Below the pieces are notes generated by a model, which was not told where the DNA came from, did not search any database, and saw nothing but the letters and a program-made list of their open reading frames with translations. The position numbers and the translations under genes are program-made. Shown one piece after another: positions 1-8,737 of a stretch of DNA of 64,000 nt. This stretch comes from an uncultured beta proteobacterium. GTDB lineage: Bacteria > Pseudomonadota > Gammaproteobacteria > Burkholderiales > Burkholderiaceae_C. The number at the start of each line of letters is the position of its first letter. Position 1 is the first letter of the stretch. The stretch is taken from the NCBI GenBank assembly GCA_963735095.1, contig CAVTJT010000014.1:268-64267 (forward strand), given 5' to 3'.

Positions 1-671
1 AGGCCCAAATGGCCGGATTTACGGTCGTTGATTGCGCCACCGTCGTGGCGACCCACCTTTCACACTTGATGCAAGTGCATGCAGGCCGATTGCTCGGCCG
101 CGTCGAAACCCAATCGCTCGTCGAACACGTGACCAAGCTCGCGCCCAAACTGATCGAAGACGTGGTGCCCAAGATGGTGGGCATCGCCACCGTGCAGAAG
201 GTGTTGCAGCTGCTGCTCGAAGAGGGCGTGCACATCCGCGACATGCGCTCGATCACCGAGTGCCTGGCCGAACATGCCGCCACCGTGACCGACCCCGGCG
301 AACTGGCGCGCCGCATCCGCGTGCACCTGGCGCCGGCGATCGTGCACCAGATCTACGGCCCGGTGCGCGAGCTCGAAGTGATCGCGCTCGAACCCGACCT
401 GGAACGCCTGGTGACGCAGGCGCTGACGTCGCCGCACGGCGTGGCGCTCGACCCCGGCGTGGCCGACACGCTGTCGCGCGAGGCGGCCAACAGCGCCAAG
501 TACCAGGAAGACATGGGCCACCCGGCCTGCCTGCTGGTGCCCGATGCGATCCGCGCCGCGATGGCGCGCCTGCTCAAACGCTCGGCACCGCGCATGCGGG
601 TGCTGGGCCACAGCGAAATCCCTGAAACCCACTCGATCCGCATCGGTGCGGTCATCGGAGGTGCTGCATGA
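1..671 (+). CDS. flhA: Flagellar export apparatus protein FlhA, C-terminal cytoplasmic domain (5' end outside window)
   Basis: ORF 9..671 (VVPKMVGIATVQKVLQLLLEEGVHIRDMRSI...) resembles the conserved FlhA C-terminal domain. The frame is open to the window edge, and flhF/flhG/fliA follow. Confidence 0.9.
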   Translation, partial: AQMAGFTVVDCATVVATHLSHLMQVHAGRLLGRVETQSLVEHVTKLAPKLIEDVVPKMVGIATVQKVLQLLLEEGVHIRDMRSITECLAEHAATVTDPGELARRIRVHLAPAIVHQIYGPVRELEVIALEPDLERLVTQALTSPHGVALDPGVADTLSREAANSAKYQEDMGHPACLLVPDAIRAAMARLLKRSAPRMRVLGHSEIPETHSIRIGAVIGGAA

Positions 672-740
672 ACCCCCACGCTCACATTCGTTCGCTGCCC
701 CCCGAGGGGGCGCGCGCCTCCCTTGAGGCGGCTCGGCAGG
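668..740 (+). repeat. Palindromic intergenic element, copy A (short, 3' half diverged)
   Basis: Sequence is ATGAACCCCCACGCTC...GCTGCCCCCCGAGGGGGCG followed by the small stem CGCCTC/GAGGCG. Its ATGA overlaps the flhA TGA stop. It shares the core with copies at 10514, 13319, 37787, 40832 and 59376. Confidence 0.6.
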
Positions 741-746
741 AGGCGC

Positions 747-2282
747 ATGAACGTCAAACGCTTTATCGCCCGCAGTTCCCGCGAGGCCCTGAACCAGGTG
801 CGTATGGCCTTCGGCGCCGACGCCGTGGTGCTGTCCAACAAGCCGTGCGATGCCGGTGTCGAGGTGCTGGCGATGGCGCCCGAAGGCATCGCGCAGATCG
901 AGCAGGTGGCTGCGGTGGCGCCGCGCGAGATCGCGCCGGCGAACGCCGCACCGGCCAAGCAGGCCGCACAAGTGCCGGTCGAGCAGGACGTGCAACGACT
1001 GGCGATGAGCACGCTGTCGTTCCAGGACTATGTGCGCGAGCGCCTGTTGCGCCGCCGCCGGGCCGCGATGCAGCCCGAGGCGCCCGAGACCGTGATGCCC
1101 ACGTACGAAGAGCGCCACGCGCCGGTGGCCGCCGCACCGAGCATGCCGGCGCGCATCACGCCGCAACCGGTGCCGCCGGTCGCGCAGCAGCCGCACCGGT
1201 GCAACAGCCGATCGCCGCGCGCGCCCCGGCTGCGGCAACGACGTCGATGCAGCTCGCCGTGCCCGCGGCGCGCGAGCCGCTGCGCCTGCCCGAGTCGGTG
1301 CCGTCGCTGGCCGACCCCACGTCGGCGCAGCGCGAGCAAGCCGCCGTGATGAACGAACTTCGTCGAAGTCAAGGGGCTGATCGAAGACCGCTTCAGCGCG
1401 CTCGCCTTCATGGAGCAACTGCACCGCAACCCGCGCCAGTCGGCGCTGAGCCAGCGCCTGCTCGAGTCGGGCTTCTCGCCCGCGCTGGTGCGCAAGCTGG
1501 TCGAGCACCTGCCGGCCGATGCCACCGACGAGATCGCGTGGGCGCAAGGCGTGCTGTCGCGCAACCTGCAGACCGATGAAGCCTCGCTGCCGATCGAAGA
1601 CCTGGGCGGCGTGTATGCGCTGATCGGCGCCACCGGCGTCGGCAAGACCACCAGCACGGCCAAGATCGCGGCCTCGTTCGCGGCGCGCCACGGCGTGGCC
1701 AACCTCGGCCTGATCACGCTCGACGCCTACCGCCTGGGTGCGCACGAACAGCTGCGCGCCTATGGCCGCATCCTCGGCGTGCCGGTGCACACCGCGCACG
1801 ACCGCGCGTCGCTCGACGACCTGCTCGAACTGCTGGCTGGCAAGAAGCTGGTGCTGATCGACACCGCCGGCATGGCGCAGCGCGACCAGCGCACGCGCGA
1901 GCTGCTCGACATGCTGGCGCACCGCGCGATCCAGCGCCTGCTGGTGGTCAATGCCGCGTCGCAGGGCGAGACGGTCGAAGACGTGATGCAGGCCTACGGA
2001 GCCGCGCAGTGCCGCGGCGCCGTGCTGTCGAAGATCGACGAGGCGGTGAAGACCGCGCCGGCGCTCGATGCCTTGATCCGACACAAGCTGCGCGTGGTCG
2101 GCGTGGCCAACGGCCAGCGCGTGCCGGAAGACTGGCATCGCCTGTCCTCGCAGGCGCTGGTGCAGCGCGCGCTGCGTCCGGTCACCAGCCCCGCCTGGCG
2201 CGTGGAGCCGGGTGAAGTGAACCTGCTGTTCGCTGCCGCGCAACGTCCGGCGATGCCGGCCGCTGCAGCGGCGTGGCGCTGA
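747..2282 (+). pseudogene. flhF: Flagellar biosynthesis GTPase FlhF; reading frame interrupted twice as sequenced (shifts cancel)
   Basis: N-terminus MNVKRFIARSSREALNQVRMAFGADAVVLSN with GGAGG upstream. The SRP-type GTPase domain (GATGVGKTT, LIDTAGM) lies in ORF 1410..2282, in the same frame. The Pro/Ala linker and ...REQAAVMNEL read sensibly only in the frame of ORF 668..1579, between about 1150-1200 and about 1358. Confidence 0.85.
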
Positions 2283-2300
2283 GCCGCCGATCAGGAGCCG

Positions 2301-3072
2301 ATGATGCACACCCTGGGCAACGCATCGCATGCCACCGACCAGGCCGCCGGCCTGCGCCGCATGTTCGGCGCGTCGCGCAAACGTTTCCTCGCCGTCGCGC
2401 ACAACGAGCAGGTCGAGCACGGCTCGCTGGTGATCGACCGGCTGTGCGATGCCGCCGCCGCGCTCGGTCTGCACACGCTGGTGGTCGACGCCGCCGACAA
2501 CGCACCGGCGCCGCACGAGATGGCGCTGATCGATCTGCCGTCGTGCGTCGAGGCGCTGTCCGACGACGTGTCGTACCTGGCCGCGCGCGGCCTGCCGATC
2601 CGTCACGTCGACAGCCAGGGCCGCTGCGCGTCGTTTCTCGAAGCGCTCGAGCATGCCGCACCGCAGGCCGACCTGGTGCTGGTGCATGCCGGCACGATCG
2701 ACCTGGCTCGCTTGTTCGCCCACCAGCGCGATGCGACCGTTGCTGGTCGGCGCCGACACGCCGCGTGCGATGACCGAGGCCTATGCCACGCTCAAGCGCC
2801 TGGCGCAGCGTCCGGGTTGGCTGGCGCACGACCTGCTGATCGTGGCCGACCCGAATGGTCCGCGCACCGAACGGCTGGGTGAGAGCCTGGCCGAGTGCGC
2901 CGAGCGTTTTCTCGGCGCGGCGATCCACGATTGTGTGGTGATCGACCCGCGGCATGAGCCCCAAGGCGCCGACGCGCGCCTGGTGCACCTGCTGCGTGCG
3001 CAGATGGCGCAAGACCTGCTGCAAGACAGCTCGGCGATGCCGACGGCGCATCACGCACCGGCCGTGCACTGA
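2301..3072 (+). pseudogene. flhG: FlhG/MinD-ParA-like flagellar number regulator homologue lacking a Walker A motif; one frame break near 2731
   Basis: Sits between flhF and fliA, with AGGAG upstream of ATG 2301. ORF 2301..2882 carries the N-terminal part; ORF 2653..3072 carries ...LLVGADTPRAMTEAYATLKRLAQ... typical of the MinD/ParA fold. No GKGGxGK-type P-loop appears in either segment. Confidence 0.65.
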
Positions 3073-3118
3073 ACCATTGATCCAATTCACTGAACCGAAG
3101 ACTCGCGGAGAGCCTTTC

Positions 3119-3832
3119 ATGTACACCGCCAAGGGCCAGCTAACGGACTCCAACGCCCTGCTCAAGCAGTACAGCCCGCTGGTGCGCCGCCTCGCGCACC
3201 AGATGATCGCCAAGCTGCCTGCCAACGTGGAACTCGACGACCTGATCCAGGTCGGCATGATCGGGTTGAACGATGCGCTGTCGCGCTTCGATGCCAACCA
3301 GGGCGTGATGTTCGAGACCTTCGCCACCCAACGCATCCGCGGCGCGATGCTCGATGAGTTGCGCGGCGGCGACTGGATGAGCCGCGGCGACCGGCGCCAC
3401 CAGCGTTCGATCGAAGCCGCCGTGCACAAGCTCGAGCAGAAGTTGCAGCGCGCGCCCAACGAAAGCGAGATCGCCGACGAGATGGGCATGATGCTGGCCG
3501 ACTACCAGGAGTTGCTCGGCAAGGTGCGCGGCACGCAGCTGTTCTACCTGGAAGACCTGTCGGGCGACGAGGGCGACGACTTCCTCGATCGTCACGTGGC
3601 CGACGAAGGCGCCAACCCGCTCGACATGCTCGAAGACCATCGCATGCGCGAGGCACTGGTCGAGGCCATCGGCAAGCTGCCCGAGCGCGAGCAGCACGTG
3701 ATGAGCATGTACTACGAGCACGACATGAACCTCAAAGAGATTGCCGCTGTGCTCGGCGTGACCGAAAGCCGCATCTGCCAGCTGCACAGCCAGTCGATCG
3801 CACGCCTGCGCAGCAAGTTGCGCCAGTGGTGA
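3119..3832 (+). CDS. fliA: Flagellar sigma factor FliA (sigma-28)
   Basis: MYTAKGQL...LVRRLAHQM...FATQRIRGAMLDELR...MNLKEIAAVLGVTESRICQLHSQ shows sigma-70 regions 2-4. GGAGAG lies upstream of ATG 3119. Confidence 0.9.
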   Translation: MYTAKGQLTDSNALLKQYSPLVRRLAHQMIAKLPANVELDDLIQVGMIGLNDALSRFDANQGVMFETFATQRIRGAMLDELRGGDWMSRGDRRHQRSIEAAVHKLEQKLQRAPNESEIADEMGMMLADYQELLGKVRGTQLFYLEDLSGDEGDDFLDRHVADEGANPLDMLEDHRMREALVEAIGKLPEREQHVMSMYYEHDMNLKEIAAVLGVTESRICQLHSQSIARLRSKLRQW

Positions 3833-3866
3833 ACCGAAGACCCCTACACATCGAGGCAGTGCCACC

Positions 3867-5225
3867 ATGTTTGCTGTGTTTCGCAAATCCCCGCCAGTCG
3901 CCGTTGCCACGGCGGCCAACGACGGCGCCGTCACGCGCGACGGCCCCGACGTGCACACGCTGATCGTCGGCATCAACCGCGAGGCCTCCACGCTCGGCCG
4001 CGACGCCGCCGAAGTGCGCGGCGCCATCGACGACACCATCAAGGCCGCCGGCACGCAGGCGCAGCAGGTGCAGGCGTTGGCGCGCCAGCTCGGTGAAGTG
4101 AACCGCGGCCAGCACGCGATCGTCGAAGAAACGGGTCAGGGCGCGCAGGCGGTCGAGCGCGCGCGCAGCGCCATCCACGCCGTCGGCGGCGAGGTCTCGG
4201 GCATCGTCGCCACGCTGCGCGATGTGTCCAAGGCCGCGGGGCAGATCACCAAGATCGCGCTGCAGACCCGACTGGTCGCCTTCAATGCATCGGTCGAGGC
4301 CAAGCGGGCCGGCGAGGCCGGGCGCGGCTTCAGCGTGGTGGCCGATGCGGTGCGCGAACTGGCGTCGAAGGTCGACGAATCGTCGCGCAACATCATGGAG
4401 ACCGTGGGCCAGCTCGATGCACGCGTCGAGACGCTGGCGCGCGAGATCCAGCGCCAGGACCACGGCCAGGCGCAAGGTGCGGTGCACCAGGCGCTCGACG
4501 AACTGGTGCAAGGCGTGCAGCGCATCAACGCCGCCGCGGCCAAGAGCCAGGAGATGTGCGGCGGCCTGGATCGCCGCATGGGCGAGATCGAGCGCGAGAT
4601 GCACGGCACCCACGGCACGCTGTCGTCGACCTTGCAGCGCACGGAGGCCTTTTTGCGCGTGTCGGAGCGGCTGATCGAAGTGACCGCCGCGTGCGGCATC
4701 GAAACCGCGGACTCCAGATTCATCGGGGCGGCGCAGGACGCCGCCGGCCGCATCGGCGCGCTGCTGTCGCAGGCGTTGCACGAAGGCCGCACCACGCTCG
4801 ACGAGCTGTTCGACGAAAAGTACGTGCCGATCCCCGGCACCGAGCCGCAGCAGCACTCGACGCGCTTCGCCAAGCTCGCCGATCGCCTGTTCCCGGCGGT
4901 GCAGGAATCATTGCTCGGCTTGGACCCGCAGGTGGTGTTCTGCATCGCAGCGGATCGCAACGGCTACATCGCGTGCCACAACCAGAAGTACAACCACACG
5001 CAGCGTCCCGGCGACGTGGTGTGGAACACCGCCAACTGCCGCAACCGCCGCATCTTCAACGACCGCACCGGCCTGGCGTCGGCGCGCAACACCAAACCGT
5101 TCCTGCTGCAGACCTACCGCCGTGACATGGGCGGCGGCCAGTTCGTGCTGCTCAAGGAAGCCGCCGCGCCGATCACCGTGAACGGCCGCCATTGGGGCGG
5201 TCTGCGCCTGGCCTACCGGTTCTAG
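3867..5225 (+). CDS. Soluble methyl-accepting chemotaxis-like protein (N-terminal MCP signalling domain, C-terminal uncharacterised sensory-like domain)
   Basis: IALQTRLVAFNASVEAKRAGEAGRGFSVVADAVRELA is the MCP signalling hairpin. No hydrophobic TM segment is seen. The C-terminal ~150 aa (DRNGYIACHNQKY...CRNRRIFNDRTG...GRHWGGLRLAYRF) is a conserved block I cannot assign to a named family. Confidence 0.75.
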   Translation: MFAVFRKSPPVAVATAANDGAVTRDGPDVHTLIVGINREASTLGRDAAEVRGAIDDTIKAAGTQAQQVQALARQLGEVNRGQHAIVEETGQGAQAVERARSAIHAVGGEVSGIVATLRDVSKAAGQITKIALQTRLVAFNASVEAKRAGEAGRGFSVVADAVRELASKVDESSRNIMETVGQLDARVETLAREIQRQDHGQAQGAVHQALDELVQGVQRINAAAAKSQEMCGGLDRRMGEIEREMHGTHGTLSSTLQRTEAFLRVSERLIEVTAACGIETADSRFIGAAQDAAGRIGALLSQALHEGRTTLDELFDEKYVPIPGTEPQQHSTRFAKLADRLFPAVQESLLGLDPQVVFCIAADRNGYIACHNQKYNHTQRPGDVVWNTANCRNRRIFNDRTGLASARNTKPFLLQTYRRDMGGGQFVLLKEAAAPITVNGRHWGGLRLAYRF

Positions 5226-5412
5226 GCGCTGAAGAATCGCTGCGCATTCTCCGAGCTGACAGCGTGAGAAGGTCCGGAGCCGGTCTCCAGGGGCTCGCGT
5301 TGCTCGCGGGACGGCGGCGCCGCCACTACAGACTGCGCGCAGTAACACGGAGCGCAGTCTCTATTGGGGTCGGGATCCGGCTCCGCCGGGCACGGCCCCA
5401 CTGATCAAACTC

Positions 5413-5442
5413 GCGGACGAATTGCGTCAGCAATTCGTCCGC
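5413..5442 (-). terminator. Perfect 13-bp stem / 4-nt loop hairpin just downstream of the kinase stop codon
   Basis: GCGGACGAATTGC-GTCA-GCAATTCGTCCGC. It starts 5 nt past the stop at 5447. Only a short T stretch follows on the minus strand. Confidence 0.4.
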
Positions 5443-5446
5443 GCTG

Positions 5447-7528
5447 CTACGCTGCGATCTCCCGCGACGGCGCCACGGTGGAGTCGAGCGGCTGCGGCTG
5501 CGACACGTCTGGCAGCGTGCCGGCGATCGTGCTGTTGGCGGCGTCGCGCGGCCCCAGGCTGAACTCGAAGCACGCACCCTGGCCGACGTCGCCGATCGCG
5601 CGGATCGCGCCGCCGTGGCGCTGGATGATGCGCTGCACGATCGTCAGGCCGATGCCGGTGCCCTGGAACTCGTGGTCCTCGTGCAGGCGATGGAACGGCT
5701 GGAACAGCCGCGACGCGCGCTTGGTGTCGAAGCCTGCGCCGTTGTCGCGAACCTGGTAGACCAGTTGGCCGTCGCTGCCGAGCACCGCGCACAGCGCCAC
5801 CACCGCATCGGGCGTGCGGCGCGTGAACTTGGCGGCGTTGCCGAGCAGGTTGGCCAGCACGATGCGCATCTGCGACTCGCTGGCGTAGGCGGTGAGACCG
5901 GGCTCGATCTGCCAGCGCAACGGCGACACGCGCTCGACCGCCGGCAGCGTGTTGATCACTTCCTCCGCCAGGCGGCTCAGGTCGACCGGCGCACGCTCGA
6001 TGGCTTCGCTGGAGCTGCGCGCCAGCGCCAGCAGCGCCTCCAGCGTGGTCAGCATCTCCTGCGTGGCGCGCACCTGCAGATCGAGCAATTCGTTGGTTTC
6101 TGCGCGCGCCTGCTCACCGAGGCGCCGGCGCAGCAGCTCGGCCAGGCCCTGCACGTGGCCGATCGGTGTGCGCAGCTCGTGCGCGAGGTGGCGCGCGAAA
6201 GCCTCGAGGTCGCGGTTGGCGAACTCCAGTTCGCGCGTGCGCGCGGCCACCGCAGACTGCAGCTGGCGGTTGTGCTGCATCAGCATCTGCTCGGCCTTCT
6301 TGCGCAGAGTGATGTCGCGGCCGACGCCGTGGTAACCGAGGAAGCGCCCGTTCTCGTCGAAGCGCGGCGCGCCGCTCACCGACACCCAGATCGCCGTGCC
6401 GTCGCCGCGCACGATCTGGAACTCCAGCGCATGGAATGGCCGACCCCCGTCCATGTCGGCGCGGTGCGCACGCCACTGCGCTTCGGGCAGCGCCTGCGGA
6501 TAGAGCTCCCAGCGCGTGCGGCCTTCGGCCACCTCGGCCAACTGCCCGAGCCGGCGCCGCTGCTCTTCATTGGGTTGCATGAAACGGTGCTCGGCATCGG
6601 TGACCCAATACCAGTCGGCCGACAGGCCGGCCAGCACGGCATAACGCTGCTCGCTCGCCTGCAGACGGCGAAACGACTCTTTGTGCACCGTGATGTCGTG
6701 GCCCACGCCTTCGTAGCCGGAGAAGCGGCCGTCGCGGTGGTAACGCGGCCGGCCCGACAGCGACATCCAGCCGCGCGCACGTCCCGCGAGGCCATCGATC
6801 TCGAACTCGAGTTCGCGAAACGCCTCTTGCCGGTCGAGCATGGCGTTGAACGCCGCCCAGCCGCCGATCGGCGGGTGCACGAAGCCGAGCTCGTCGTGGC
6901 GGCGGCCCAGCACGTCACCGAGCGCACGGTCGGCTGGCTTGACCATCGGCGCGTCGGCCGACAGCGACGACAGGCGATGGCGTTCGTCGGACTCCCAGTA
7001 CCACTCCTGCGACAGCTCCACGCGCGCCTGCCAGCGCCGCTCCTGCTCGCCCATCACGCCCTCGACCTGGTTGGCCAGGTCGCCGAACGCCGACGGCTCG
7101 GCCGGCGGCTTCTCGCGCATGCGCTCGACCGCCGAGCGCCACGCGCCGCGCTGCAGCTCGCGCGCGGTGCGGCGCAGCGTGTCGGCCGCGAGCTTGCGCG
7201 CGCGCCGCTGCACCAGCACCAGGCCGATCAGCGCACCGAACGCCAGCGCGGCCGGAAACAACACGATGAACAGCTGCGTGCGCGCGCGGTCTTCGAGGTC
7301 GGCGCCGGCGAGCAGGGGCACCAGTGCAGCGAACGCCACCGCCACGGCCACGCCGCTCAGCACGCCGAGCGCCCAGCTCATCTGCTTGAGGCGTGCCGCG
7401 GTCGAGGTGCGCGCCGCATCGGCCGGCGCGGTGTGCGACCACGGCATGGTTTCGGCGGTGGATGGCGTGGGCCGCGACGAGCGCGGCGGACGCGTGGACG
7501 ATCGACTGGGTCTGCTTTCTGAGGCCAC
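5447..7528 (-). CDS. Membrane-associated PAS-domain sensor histidine kinase (no adjacent response regulator)
   Basis: Has a hydrophobic N-terminal segment and two PAS-like repeats. The HisKA box is HELRTPIGHV and the HATPase_c is DNGAGF...GTGIGLTIVQRII. The true start may be an internal Met. Confidence 0.85.
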   Translation of the reverse strand: MASESRPSRSSTRPPRSSRPTPSTAETMPWSHTAPADAARTSTAARLKQMSWALGVLSGVAVAVAFAALVPLLAGADLEDRARTQLFIVLFPAALAFGALIGLVLVQRRARKLAADTLRRTARELQRGAWRSAVERMREKPPAEPSAFGDLANQVEGVMGEQERRWQARVELSQEWYWESDERHRLSSLSADAPMVKPADRALGDVLGRRHDELGFVHPPIGGWAAFNAMLDRQEAFRELEFEIDGLAGRARGWMSLSGRPRYHRDGRFSGYEGVGHDITVHKESFRRLQASEQRYAVLAGLSADWYWVTDAEHRFMQPNEEQRRRLGQLAEVAEGRTRWELYPQALPEAQWRAHRADMDGGRPFHALEFQIVRGDGTAIWVSVSGAPRFDENGRFLGYHGVGRDITLRKKAEQMLMQHNRQLQSAVAARTRELEFANRDLEAFARHLAHELRTPIGHVQGLAELLRRRLGEQARAETNELLDLQVRATQEMLTTLEALLALARSSSEAIERAPVDLSRLAEEVINTLPAVERVSPLRWQIEPGLTAYASESQMRIVLANLLGNAAKFTRRTPDAVVALCAVLGSDGQLVYQVRDNGAGFDTKRASRLFQPFHRLHEDHEFQGTGIGLTIVQRIIQRHGGAIRAIGDVGQGACFEFSLGPRDAANSTIAGTLPDVSQPQPLDSTVAPSREIAA

Positions 7529-7758
7529 CAGGTGTCCTGACTCCGATGCCGGTTGCTGCAGGCAAGGCGGTCACCCCAACGACCGCTTGTTGCGATTGTC
7601 ACACGTTTGCACGTGCGCATCGCATGGGTGTGTGGCACGTGGTGACCGCGCGACTGCGGGAACGGGTTTGCGCGCATTGTGCGCGCAGCGCGGTGGCGCA
7701 TGCAGCGCCGCGCTGGCTTCGCGGGCGCGCAAGCCCCAGGGGATGGCTCACGTCCGGC

Positions 7759-8229
7759 TCAGGCTTCGAGTGCGGTCGCGTTGCGGCGCGGGCCGTGCGT
7801 GCCGGCGGCCGAGTACAGCGCGGTGCCCGACGACGGCATCAGCACGTCGATCGCACGATCGAGCGCGGCAGTGGCGCGTGCCAGCGCGTCGCGTTGTGCC
7901 GCCACTTGCGCGCCCGCCAACGCGAGGCGGCGGCGCAGTTCGAGCGGCGTGGTGCGGGCGCGGGCGGCGCGGTGAAAGCGTTCGATCGCCTGCACCAGCG
8001 CACGTTGCAGTTCGCCGGCGTGCAGCTCGATGCATGGCATGTCGCGCGCGCCCAGTGCGGTCTGCAGGTCGTCGAGGTGTTGCTCCAGGCGCTGCAGCAC
8101 GGCCTCGAGTTCGTTGTCGGACACGCCCGCGCCGGCGGCGGGCACGGGAGCTATGGAAGAAGCGGCAACGCCCGCGCTGGGCGCGGGCATGGACAGATAG
8201 GCACCCGCGCTTGGCGCGGGCATGGACAC
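7759..8229 (-). CDS. flgN: Probable flagellar chaperone FlgN
   Basis: About 150 aa, helical and Leu/Ala/Gln/Arg-rich (LEAVLQRLEQHLDDLQTAL...). It lies immediately downstream of flgM in a flgA-flgM-flgN arrangement. The call rests on position and composition; the start codon is ambiguous because it lies in a tandem repeat. Confidence 0.5.
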   Translation of the reverse strand: MSMPAPSAGAYLSMPAPSAGVAASSIAPVPAAGAGVSDNELEAVLQRLEQHLDDLQTALGARDMPCIELHAGELQRALVQAIERFHRAARARTTPLELRRRLALAGAQVAAQRDALARATAALDRAIDVLMPSSGTALYSAAGTHGPRRNATALEA

Positions 8230-8266
8230 ATGGGCAACACCCGCGCTCGGCGCGGGCGTTGTGCGG
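8164..8266. repeat. Three tandem 32-36 bp units, each containing a 7-bp-stem hairpin (CCCGCGC-N3-GCGCGGG)
   Basis: GGCAACGCCCGCGCTGGGCGCGGGCATGGACAGATA / GGCACCCGCGCTTGGCGCGGGCATGGACACAT / GGGCAACACCCGCGCTCGGCGCGGGCGTTGTGCGG. The CCCGCGC cores start at 8171, 8204 and 8240. Confidence 0.75.
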
Positions 8267-8299
8267 ACGCCGGCTGGCCCATCGGGCGGTGCGCTGGGT

Positions 8300-8592
8300 T
8301 CAGTTCGAGCCGCGCTGCAGCAGCTCGCGCGCGTTGGCGATCAGCTTGTCGGCGACCGCGTCGGCGTCGATGCGGAAGGTGCCGTCGCGGATCGCACGTT
8401 GCAGGCGCTCGACCTTCTGGCGTCGAACGAGCCATCGGAGCTCACGCTGGCCAGCACGCTTGCGGCGGCCGACAACTCGACCTTTGCACTCGGTTCGGGC
8501 GACGCGGCTTGCGCGCCGCTGGCCGGTGCCTTGCGGTCGCTGGCGGGGGTGGCCAGGTTGGCTTTGTTCTCGAGCGGACCAATCTTCATCAT
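8300..8592 (-). pseudogene. flgM: Anti-sigma-28 factor FlgM; one frame break near 8420
   Basis: N-terminus MMKIGPLENK...KVELSAAASVL comes from ORF 8341..8601. The conserved C-terminus (KVERLQRAIRDGTFRIDADAVADKLIANARELLQRGSN, stop at 8300) is in another frame. The 8300-8601 span is not a multiple of 3. GGAG lies upstream of ATG 8592. Confidence 0.8.
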
Positions 8593-8634
8593 TTGCTCCA
8601 CGGTGTCGCGGTTCGCACCGGTGTGATGGAGTGG

Positions 8635-8661
8635 GTATCGGATGGTTGGCAGCGGACTTTA
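8635..8661 (-). promoter_or_regulatory. Candidate sigma-28 (FliA) promoter for flgM-flgN
   Basis: The minus strand reads TAAAGTCC-N11-TCCGATAC, against the enteric consensus TAAAGTTT-N11-GCCGATAA. It lies about 45 nt upstream of the flgM start, between flgA and flgM. Confidence 0.55.
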
Positions 8662-8737
8662 GCGATCTCGTCGCGCAGGCAGTGTCGCCCCTGCGAATCC
8701 GGGGGCATCCGGTCGTATGTAACGGTTGCGCAGAATT

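Noticed and set aside
60-2759. Very long ORFs antisense to or overlapping recognisable genes. Examples: 60..2759 (-), 5615..7522 (+), 6840..9005 (+), 22118..26242 (-), 25947..29672 (+), 37224..41228 (-), 55833..57761 (-) and the upstream part of 34366..37260 (-).
   Set aside because: Their translations are Arg/Ala/Gly/Pro-rich low-complexity strings with no recognisable motifs. They lie opposite or out of frame to genes with strong family signatures. Long spurious ORFs are expected when stop codons are rare in GC-rich DNA.
5268-5335. Possible ninth, degenerate copy of the palindromic element (..GGGACGGCGGCGCCGCCACTACA..) in the convergent gap after the MCP-like gene, plus a 9-bp stem hairpin at 5330..5360.
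   Set aside because: Similarity is limited to about 20 nt of the loop region. The CCCCCACGC head and the G/C hairpin are missing, so this is too weak to call.
8164-8266. Considered whether the three 32-36 bp palindromic repeats could be a miniature CRISPR array.
   Set aside because: The units are directly adjacent with no spacers. There are only three, no cas genes are in the window, and they overlap the probable flgN start.
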